From contig NC_134470.1 in the NCBI RefSeq assembly GCF_964194025.1, positions 71,362,001 through 71,426,000 of the forward strand: DNA of 64,000 bases, read 5' to 3'. Positions 26,701-36,229 of this stretch are shown here, one piece after another. Under the pieces are notes generated by a model that was given only the letters and a program-made list of their open reading frames with translations, did not search any database and was not told where the DNA came from. The translations under genes and the position numbers were made by a program. How positions within the stretch are numbered: the stretch's first letter is position 1; each line of letters begins with the position of its first letter. This stretch comes from Convolutriloba macropyga (lineage: Eukaryota).

Positions 26701-28863
26701 AGCAATATGAATTCATGAATTGAACAGAATCCATATCGAAAAACCAAATCAAAATGAACAGGGGTTAAACCCTAATGAGTAGTTATCGATTCACAGTATT
26801 CGAACTTAGTTCTCAGTAGTCTTATTTACCTGATCTAATGGTCATTGGTGTTGACACTAATCCTTGTGTTATCTCATTTAGAGACAAGGGTATGCCAACC
26901 CCATTTAAAACTGCATTTAGAAATTTTTTTGGTAAAACAATCAATTTTCTGTTTTTCACTCACTACGGGGTTTATGGGAATCAATTGGTGCTATTTTTTT
27001 GACAATCTGCCGTTTTTTACATTTATTTTAACATATTAACAATGATGACTAGGACTGGTTTTTCGGATTGCATGTGAATTTACGAACTGAATGAAGCGAT
27101 GGTGATGTAAAATTTCAATGTAAAATTCTGATTTTGCACTTTCACGCTTCATTTCGTTTTTGCTTGATCTGAGAATTCCTCTTACTATGAAAATACGAGT
27201 CGGTTGCTAACATAAACCCGATTGGAAGCGATGAAGTATGAGAGCCCCTATCGCTTGGTGGTTAAAGTAGCGAACGATCCGGAAGGTCAGGGTTGGAACC
27301 CATCGAGAATCGGTTTTGCGCCCACAAAACTTTTATCTACCCCCTCTGAAATAATCTGCCTCGCATGTCTTTTGAGAGCACTTCATCCGACAGTTATCGG
27401 TTTGTTCTTTTGTTGTTGAACCAATTTGCGGAGAACTGAGTATAAAGAGTGTTTAACTACTCAACAGCTTTTATTGGGGGCGTTCGCCCCTTTTTACGAA
27501 TCGAAGAGGAGTTATAGTGCTTTTGGTCAGTGAAGCAAAATTTAAAAAAATCAATACCGCGCGCACGCCTGGTAAATTGTTAAACAGAAGAATGCTCCAA
27601 AAAAGCAGAGAGAATGATATTGGATTGTGTTCTTGCCTTATTTCAGGAGGGAGCTAAAAAGGTAGGTAAAAAATTTCGCTTAGTAAGAAACATTTTTTGT
27701 TCATGCGCCAAAACTTTTAATACCATCATGATCTTAATTACAATTGATTCAACTAATTTGGCATTGTGGAATGTTTTTTTGACAATTTGAGGCACTCGTT
27801 AAAATTTCGGACGCAAATGAAGTGTTTTTTGTCGGTTTGTCGTCCGAGGCTTGTTACCGGATGATTTTGCAGTATATGGTTTGTTTTTGGATTGCAATTA
27901 AGTTTTTCTCGGCTTAGTATTTGATCTATATCGTTTTAATAGTGTTGTTGGTTAAGAAAATTGGTTAAATCAAGTCGAATTTTTCGTCAAAATCTTTAGT
28001 TTTCTCTATGGAAGTTATTTGAATCAATTTCCAGAAATTTTAATATGTGGTGGTTTTGGTCTCGCCAGTACTCGAAGTGTACTTGAATTTTTTGTTCATG
28101 CTCAAGGTCATGCTCAATTTAAATCAGCTTTTGATGCATTAATTCATGTAATTTTGGATTGAATTGCGTCTCACGTCATGGTTCCACCCACACTTGTTGA
28201 ATTTTTAATTCACTCACATGAATAATTTTTTTGGTCACTTGAGGTACCTATTTTTTTAGTTCTCATTCTTTTCAGTGGTATTTTGAGACTTCATGTCTAT
28301 ACAAAGCTATGAAAGCTATTTTTGACATCTGCCTGCTGTTTAAGTTTTTGTACGACATTCGTATTAATTTTCAACCTTCAAACGAACAAGGCAAGGAATT
28401 TTGTTTAGATTCTAACTTGATGCCTTATCAGCAAACCTTTCGAAAGCTGAGCCAGCCAGACGCTAATTTCAGCTATTATTTTGATTTCGACACCAATGAA
28501 ATGGACACATTCTCGGAAGATAAATCAGAAATACATTTCAATTTCTCCGAGTCGGATGGGTCCCCGTGCAAATCATTTGGTACTGATTTCCAAGATCTAC
28601 TGATGCAAAGAATGATAGGAGTCATCGGAATTGACAAAGCTGGACGGTTTACAGAATATGCCAACAACACAGTAAAACGATATGACAAGGAAGGATATGT
28701 TACTGAACTCACAACTTTGCCTAATAAACAAAGTTTGGTTAACAATGTAGTGAAAGATTTTCCTCAATTTACGGAAACGATTATATCCAATGCGATCGAC
28801 AGTGCTAGGGAGAATGGTAAATATGATGAAAAATATGACTCACTTTGGCCACAATTTTCGTAA
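20742..28863 (+). CDS. arylamine N-acetyltransferase-like protein, paralog a
   Basis: Exons 20742-21288 and 28409-28863 are joined by a phase-1 GT-AG intron of ~7.1 kb at the same position as paralog b's last intron. Motifs AVPYNNL, KKRGALCF, PH and GDLG correspond to the NAT-family PFENL, RGGxC, His and Asp motifs. Confidence 0.75.
21424..22727 (+). mobile_element. nested HINE-like elements: C (21475-22403) inside B
   Basis: B 5' hairpin and T-run, then a duplicated C 5' end (ACGACTCGAAGAGGAGTATTGGAGAAGTCC x2). C ends with CCGGAATTTTTCCGG. The B body then resumes and ends GGTGGCTATTTTCCGGCAATCTGCC. Confidence 0.7.
22824..24186 (+). mobile_element. nested HINE-like cluster (B and C 5' ends, then D inside B)
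   Basis: B left end at 22824, C left end at ~22874, second B left end at ~23183, D at ~23230-23751 and B right end at ~24153-24186. Confidence 0.6.
27130..27410 (+). mobile_element. degenerate tRNA-carrying family A copy
   Basis: GTTGCTAACATAAA, then a tRNA-like GGTGGTTAAAG..GGTTGGAACCC segment, then a 3' end CGCATGTCTTTTGAGAGCA..CCGA..TCGG. Confidence 0.5.
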
Positions 28864-29069
28864 TTTTCTATTTTTCTAATTCCTTAAAATTGGAGTAGTT
28901 ACTGTATTATTTTTCACCGAAAACTTATTGCCCATCTGTCAGCAAATGAAGGTTTTTGCACAATTAATAAGTGCCATTTCGATTGTTTGTTGAAATGAGT
29001 TTGAACTGCCTCATTTTCAGTTATTGCATGAAAAGAAATTAGTAGACATAATTGGTTCGGTTAAGCGCA

Positions 29070-30601
29070 ATGGCAACGTCATCCTTATTTGCGGAATTCT
29101 GCAAAATCATCAATATTCCGAATGCTGCCCGGATTCTGCAACAAACAGACGCATTTTCTTTCCTCAACAAATTCTACATACCAGCATTTTACAAAGCAGT
29201 CCCGTACAACAACATCGAAGCGTTCAATCCGGATTCTAGATCAAACTTTTACAAAGGTTGGGGAGGGTTCTGTCGAGGTGGGAATACGTTTGCAGAGAAA
29301 ACGGATGATATTATTGATTCGTACATGAAGAAACGAGGTGGTGTGTGTTTCCAGAGGTGTTTATTTTCGCATTTAGTTTTGAAAGATGGAGGAATTGATA
29401 ATTATCTGGGAGGGGCTTTGATTCGCACCAAGCCTACAACGCCTCATAGCTTACTATTCTTTAAAAATTTAAAGGTAGATATTTCAATTTCACAATTTGA
29501 TTCGATATAATATCATTCAGTATTTTGACTTGGTGAATAATAGCATTGGATAAATTGACCTGATCCTTAAATTTTGAAGTATTCTAATTGGAAATGGATA
29601 CGCTGCAAAAAATTCTGTTCCATTCGCTTAGACAACCTTCTTGTTGATAGCTCGGCACGCACCGATATGACTGAAAGAAATTGATCAACGGTCGTAAATT
29701 ATTTTGTAAACATTAGTCAACGAATTTGTGTGAATTTTACGAACTTTTGGTGTGAATTTTTAGGGAGGTAACAGCCTTCATATGGCAGAATTGGGTAACA
29801 GAATAGCACCCGTCTTCAATCTGGTGGATCTGGACATTGGCAAAGAAGGGGAGCTCGACAGCAGTCCCATTACAGTGTCCAAGATTGTACGCACAGACCA
29901 TGAGAAAGGTCAGTTGTCAGTTAAATTACGTTCCTGCTACACTGCAAAACTACAGCATAGAAATTTTATCACTCGCCACGCAGGTGTTTCAAATGTAAAA
30001 GCTTAGAATGTTCAAAGAAGTCCTTTTGAAAGGGGAATAGGGGATGCTGTTGCTGCGAGAGATAAAAGAATTATTTTTATAATCAAACCTGCATCAGAAA
30101 TTCTTCAAAAACAGTTGAATAGAGAGTTTTTTTAAATTTTCTTCAGATCCAGGGAAACTTGAGTTTCAACAATTGAGCCGAAAGAAGCGTGAACCCGATG
30201 CACTGTTTAAATACTATTTTGACTTCGACACTCGAGAATTCCCGACTCTAACTCCTGATCAATCAGAATGTCATATCAGTTTCGTAGAGCCTGATAACAC
30301 TCCATGCAAAGACTTTGATGAGACATTTCAAGATCAGCTAATAGGTCGAGTTTGGATGATTGTGGGCATGGACCCTGCTGGATGTTTTGTGGAATATCTT
30401 AACAATGCTTATAGAAGATATCACGATGATGGTCAGTTAGCTGCTCAGAAATTCTTCATGAACAAGAAGTCAATGCTTGCTCAGATTCTGAAAGACTTTC
30501 CGCAGTTTGAAGAGAAATTTACTTCGAGGTGCTTGGATGCGGCGATAACGTTGGACAGAACAAAATCGCCAAAGTCGTCAATGTGGCCAAATTTTTCTTA
30601 G
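29070..30601 (+). CDS. arylamine N-acetyltransferase-like protein, paralog b
   Basis: Exons 29070-29474, 29764-29908 and 30147-30601 join in frame through GT-AG introns. Motifs KKRGGVCF, TPHS and MAELG. Collinear with paralog a, and both end WPxFS*. Confidence 0.8.
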
Positions 30602-30964
30602 TTTAATTCCTTGGTACGTTTTGTTGCCTCCACAAATTATCTCAAGAGTATACTTATTATTTTTCAAATGAAGCTGATGAATTCAAAACATTTTGTATCA
30701 GTCTATTTTTGTTTGGCAGAGTGTAAGGACTTTTTAAAGTAAATAAAATACCTTTTATTTATGCGCTAACCTTTATTGCTATCCGAATGGGAATATAATT
30801 CCTTTTTTAAACGCTGTTCACGCAGTTTTGGACGATTTCGAAGATAATTTTGAGTAAATAGAGACATGGTCCAGAGAGAAGTAGATAATTGTGGTTTGAA
30901 ATTTCCTTCAATTTATGAAGTAGCGAAGAAATTTTTATGGATAAATTTCGAAATTTAAGTTTTT

Positions 30965-31320
30965 AATTGCTCTTGAACGAAGTTCATAGCAATTATTGTA
31001 AACGTGGTGGTCTTTTTTAGCAAATTTTTCGCTTGACCTTTTTGCGCTTTTTTTCTAGAACATTCTTTGTCATCTCAAGTGACTTTTTCACGCTTTTGTT
31101 CTTCATTTTTGAGTGATCTCTATTGCTCACTCCGAAGTAAAGCGTATTGCTAATATAAAGTTGGCTGCAGTATAGCAAAAATAAGGGCCAATTAGCATAG
31201 TCGGTGGTGCATATGGTTATGAAGCGGGAGGTCAATTGTTCGAATCCCGGTGGAGTCAAATGTTTTTCCTCCCGCCTGTCGTTCGAGAGCAATTCTTCCG
31301 ACATTAGTCGGTTTATGTTT
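30965..31320 (+). mobile_element. HINE-like family A carrying a tRNA-derived cassette (31185-31258)
   Basis: Family A subTIRs and 3' hairpin. Internal GGGCCAATTAGCATAGTCGG..GTTCGAATCCCGG is followed by TTTTT. Confidence 0.75.
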
Positions 31321-31905
31321 AAAATTAAATAATTTTAGGCGTAGAATTTTTTCCTGCTGACCGTTTCTGTCAATTTTAAGTTTGTTCAATGGTTCAATTG
31401 CTTAATTAAGTTTGTTTGTAGGGTTATTGTTAATACGTGAAAACAAAGCTCTGATGGCACATTTTTATAGAATGAATAAATCAATCCTGCAGTTTTTGTA
31501 GTCGTCTTGAGTTTTTTCCGGTGCCTTTGGGTATCGTTTGGTTGATCAACTAATCAACAGGCTCAGCAATTTTTAGAGAGTATATTAAAAGATTTTACAG
31601 GTTTCTTAGATTTTGTCTCCTAGTTTCTCTTTTTCGCTTTGTTTTTCTACTTTTCCTGGATGTATCGCTTGTTTTGTTTTGTGTATTTCGTCTGTCATCT
31701 TCTGCGCCCGCTATTCTAGCAGCCCTTTCTTTTTTTAATTCGAATAAAATATTGTTTTGCCTTTAACCTACTTCACAGCGTGTTCAACATTTTGCGCGAA
31801 TCTTTGACTTCGTTGGGTATTTTCATTCTGCTTTCATTCTCATCAAGGTCCCTTTCAACTCTAGTTGCCGTCAAAAACAATCTAAAATGAGCAGAGTCAT
31901 TCTTT

Positions 31906-32196
31906 TTCGATCTGTAGTGACAGAAAATTTGAGGATTAATCATTGACCTCGCAAATAGAATCTTTTTGTCATTCTAATGGACTTGAGTTCCAATTAATAA
32001 GAGGTTCTGAGTTGTTTAAATAAAATACAAAAGACTCTTGAAAACATTTTAAACATCAAAGATACCGCTTTGAGACTTGGTCGTGAATCACAATTTGTTC
32101 GCAAGATCTTAACACATTTTTGTTCCACGAACAACTACGTTTGACTGATGTTAGGTCATTGTCTGTCTCGATCAGCCGTTAACGCTTTAGATCAAG
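31906..32196 (+). pseudogene. partial decayed duplicate of the CTU2 coding region
   Basis: Aligns with ~33180-33472 and contains stops and indels. Confidence 0.85.
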
Positions 32197-32578
32197 ACGC
32201 TCTGGTCATGCAGGGCAAATTGATACTCTCACTGGTTGCCCTTTTTCTCGAGATCTGCTTGTCCTCTTTCTGGCTAGTGTACTTCGCCTTCCAAAAACAG
32301 GCGGTACGTCGCTCTTTATCTGTGGAGTTACTGGCACTATCATCAAAAACATTAATGTCGGTTGAGTTAGTGACCTAAAGATGATGGCGATTCCTTCCAG
32401 TAGCGTGTACTCCCACCAATTGCACAGCCTCACTTGGCTCAAGTGTTGTTTTTGCTGACATATCACTATATTCCGGCGCCATCTGTTTAGCCTTGTATCT
32501 GGCTAGGATTATAAAAGCCACAAGTACAATTACAGTTGACACTGCAATGACAGTGGCAAGAACCGTTGATAACTTCAT
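32192..32578 (-). CDS. candidate small single-pass membrane protein
   Basis: ATG-initiated, with a hydrophobic stretch LSTVLATVIAVSTVIVLVAFIILA followed by basic RYKAK. TAG at 32375-32377 is followed by 60 more open codons to TGA at 32192-32194. Confidence 0.4.
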
Positions 32579-32782
32579 CTTGGTCGGGTTGTATATAACT
32601 ATATACGATAAGCTGCTGAATACTTTGAACTTAATCTAAGGTACAGATTTAGGCCTAGATAAGAGAATAAACTATGCTGCGGTTTTTTTCCTCGAAATAG
32701 TATTAAATCATAGAGCTCGACATAAAAAACGGAGCGCATTGATGAATCGATATCCCATTGGTTTTCATTTTCAGATGTAGAA

Positions 32783-33964
32783 ATGTGCGATGCATATGAG
32801 TGTGAGCAGAATGATCGATCTACTCTCAATGGCAGCATCGAATCTCTCTCACTTTCTCAGAGCTCTTCCAAAAGCGATCGAAGAAAAACACAGTTTGACG
32901 ACTCCAAATGTAAAAAGTGTGCCTCGCCTAACCCAGCTGTGAAAGTGCACACACAGGGTAGCCACTGTCGAGACTGTTTCCTCACATACGCCAATCACAA
33001 GTTCAGGTCGACTATAGGAAAGGAAGGAATTATCCCTTATGGGGCTAAAGTTGTGCTTGGATACTCGGGCGGACCGGCAAGTACTGCCATGATTAAGCTA
33101 TTGGGCGACAGCTTACGTGAGAAAAAGAAGAAAGCAAACCTTAATTTTCAAGTTTATTGTATACACGTGGATTTTAGCATTCCGATCAATAGTGACACAA
33201 AGTTTGAGGATTTATCGGTGACCTCTCAAATGGAATCTTTTTGTCATTCTAATGGTTTTGAGTTCCAAATAATAAAAGCTTCTGAGTGGTTTGAACAAAA
33301 TACAAAAGAGTGTCTTGAAAACTTTTTAAACATCAAAGATGCCACGTTGAGACTTGATCGTGAATTACAAATTGTTCGCAAGATTTTAACGCAGTTTTGT
33401 TCAGCGAACAAATACGGTTGGCTGATGTTAGGACAATGTCTGTTTCGTTCAGCGGTTAACGCTCTAACTCAAGTATGCCAAGGCCGCGGTGTTGATTTGG
33501 GCAGTATTTGTAAGTTTGCAGATTTTCGTCTGTCGGATGAAAGTACGATAGTATACCCAATGAAAGAGTTTACGAGCAAGGAAGTCGCGTTTTTTAACCA
33601 ATTTAACCAACTGGAATCTTTCAAGTTTACAGATGAAGAAACTGCGACAGAATCTAATTCGTCGATACAAAGATTAACGGAGAACTTTCTACTCAACTTG
33701 CAAGTTGATTTCCCAGCAGCTGTTCCCAATGCAAGAAATAGTGGCGAAAAGGTGCTTCCCAGAAAAATGGACAATGGAGAAACTGGTAGCGTGTGTTCTA
33801 TCTGCTTGATGCCTTTTGATAATTTTAATTGTAATGAAAACGATCTCGACAATGCCAGAACTGCTGCAGAATTTTCACGACAGTTATGTAACCCCACTGG
33901 TAATTTTGACCATGTAAATAGTGGGAAATATTGTAGTTTTTGCTGTACAGAGGATCCATTTTGA
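32783..33964 (+). CDS. CTU2: cytoplasmic tRNA 2-thiolation protein 2 (intronless)
   Basis: 393-aa ORF with CKKC and CRDC, KFRSTIGK, the PP-loop-like GYSGGPASTAM, PMKEFTSKEV, SIQRLTENFLLNLQVDFP and C-terminal CxxC pairs. Confidence 0.92.
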   Translation: MCDAYECEQNDRSTLNGSIESLSLSQSSSKSDRRKTQFDDSKCKKCASPNPAVKVHTQGSHCRDCFLTYANHKFRSTIGKEGIIPYGAKVVLGYSGGPASTAMIKLLGDSLREKKKKANLNFQVYCIHVDFSIPINSDTKFEDLSVTSQMESFCHSNGFEFQIIKASEWFEQNTKECLENFLNIKDATLRLDRELQIVRKILTQFCSANKYGWLMLGQCLFRSAVNALTQVCQGRGVDLGSICKFADFRLSDESTIVYPMKEFTSKEVAFFNQFNQLESFKFTDEETATESNSSIQRLTENFLLNLQVDFPAAVPNARNSGEKVLPRKMDNGETGSVCSICLMPFDNFNCNENDLDNARTAAEFSRQLCNPTGNFDHVNSGKYCSFCCTEDPF

Positions 33965-34015
33965 ATTAATTCAACTATTTTTTTCCCAAAATATTTTGGA
34001 CAGGAACCATAGCGT

Positions 34016-34740
34016 GGGGCGTAAGATATTAGGCGAAAGGAATTTTTGCAGCCATTAGGCGAAAATTTTGAATCAAGGTTTTGTGGAAATTAGGCGAATA
34101 CCAATTCAAAAAAAACTTGAAGGAGGTACTGCAATATCCGCTTGGTAATATAATGTAGTTAAGTGACGTTAAAAATTGACTTCATAGATAAAGAGCTTGA
34201 AAAATATAGAAAAACGAGCAGAATTTTCGAATTATCATCATTTTCAACCCAAAACCGATGTAACTTAACCCCAACTCAGCCAATTTTTGTACGTTTCAAC
34301 TAAAAGTTCTAAATTATTTACATTAAAGCTAATCATAAGTATTTTAAACATTCACCCTTCTGTACTTGATACTTAAAAAACAAAATTATTGGCCGTGTTG
34401 ACACGAGTACAGGAAAAGAGATGCAAAACATGAAAAATGACATGAACATTAAAAAATGAATACATTTTGCATAAAATGACATGAACATTAAAAAATGAAT
34501 ACATTTTGCATAAAAGTTTGACAATTCTTTTGAATATGAAGGCGACTGTTAGGGATACTTGACAACTTTATAACATCGAGTGGATTTTGAAGAATCTCTT
34601 TAAAATGTTTAAATTACTATCCGCCTAATTTCCACATAAGTTCAGAATTTAAAAAAATTTCCTAAATTTCTACAAAACGAAATTGCTACAAAATTTCGTT
34701 CGCCTAATCTAGTTTTCGCTTAATATCCCATCCCGCCCCC
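34016..34740. mobile_element. MITE with long imperfect TIRs (Mutator-like by inference)
   Basis: GGGGCG...CGCCCC termini, repeated ATTAGGCGAA on the left versus CGCCTAAT on the right, and flanking ATAGCGT direct repeats. Confidence 0.65.
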
Positions 34741-34823
34741 ATATAGCGTAGATCACGGAGGTCAAACTGCGGGAGGGAAGCACGCGTGATGTCACAGAGG
34801 GAATTGAAAAAACCCTGATAAGT

Positions 34824-35320
34824 TCAGTTTTTTCCCTGTGGGGAATCCGATTTTTCCCGATAACGCTGATAAGATTTGGGGTTTTCCCCGGTTTTCCTGT
34901 TGGGAATCTTATATCTACCTGAAGCCCTGATAAGATTCAGGAAAAAAACCCTGGGTTTTCCTGGTAAGTTTCCCGCTGAAAACCCGAAACCCCCTGAAAC
35001 CCTGATAAGATGCAGGAAAAACCCAGGGTTTCCTGGTAAGTTTACCGCTGAAAACCCGAAACCCCCTGAAACCCTGATAAGATGCAGGAAAAACCCAGGG
35101 TTTCCTGGTAAGTTTCCCGCTATTTTCCCGGTTTCCCTGCCAGGAAACATGTGTTCCCGGAAACCCTGCCGGGAATTGCGGAATCTTACTCAATCTTGGC
35201 ATATCTTACAAACACTGGAAAGTTTCCCGGGTCTTTCCCTTGTTTTTCCTGGGTCTTGCCGGGAAACTTTCCAGGAACTTATTAAGATTTCCGGGAATCG
35301 GTGTACTGGGAAACCTGAAT
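34824..35320. mobile_element. MITE-like element with an internal 78-bp tandem repeat
   Basis: TTCAGTTTTTTCCC...GGGAAACCTGAA termini, many TTTCCC/GGGAAA motifs, and a 78-bp unit repeated within ~34920-35121. Confidence 0.55.
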
Positions 35321-35800
35321 ACACGTTAAAAAGAAATCAGAACATGTTTTGTCGCTGACCTTGAGCTGAGCTGTGAACAAACTGGATCTTGCTACCAAAT
35401 TTATTTTAGTTCAAAACTGATAAATCTAGACAATAAAGCTGCGCTGACAGCTACTTTTTTGTATCGGTTTAAGTTTTCTGTTCATTCGCGTGATTATGTT
35501 TTGATCACAAACCTCTCAAAAGTTGTGAACATCAACTGAGCATATCTTACTCTATTTGAAGGTTATTTGAGAGCCGTTTTAGAAATGTTTCATAATATAG
35601 CCCATTTTTTCCGAAGCACCTTTAATCAAATAATATAGAGCAGTTAGAAACAGCTGGAATTTTCTCTCGGTGTTTTCTCTCTTAACCGTGTGTTTTTCTA
35701 CTAATTTGAGACTCTACGTCTACCAGAGAATCGCCCCTATTGTCTGGCAATTGGTCAGGTATATTTGCGAATTAATTGCACTCAATGGTTTTTGATTATT

Positions 35801-36229
35801 AATTGCTCTTGAACGAAGTTCATAGTAATTATTGTAAAAGTGTGAGTCTTTTTTTATGCAAAATTTTTGCTTGACAATTTTGACTTTTCGAGTGACTTTT
35901 ACGCCCTTGACTTTTTGCGTTTCGCATGATCTAAAGTTCTCTCTCAATCACAATTTCAAGCAGCTGAACTCAATTGGCGGCAATTTTATACCAAGAGTCA
36001 AATTAAAAGTGCGCCGAAACTGGTGCGATTTTTTACTTTAAATCTTAATAGTTGTATATGTTAACCTCTAATGTGGTTATTTGAAGCCCACTGTTGAACT
36101 TCTTAGTCCCATTTAGGCTCCCTCTCCCTCCCTCCCCCTCCCCCCCCCGACTGAAGCAGGCTGCAATTCATTAAAGCTCCCACTAGTCGTTCGAGAGCAA
36201 TTCGTCCGACGTTTAGTCGGTTATGTTTT
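35801..36229 (+). mobile_element. HINE-like family A
   Basis: Same ends and body as 1726-2124, with an expanded C-rich tract. Confidence 0.75.

Noticed and set aside
17638-31258. Functional tRNA genes
   Set aside because: Acceptor, anticodon and T stems pair poorly and the copies lie inside mobile elements.
34824-35358. Overlapping ORFs, or a CRISPR-like array
   Set aside because: This is an internal tandem repeat of a MITE-like element, with no unique spacers and a eukaryotic context.
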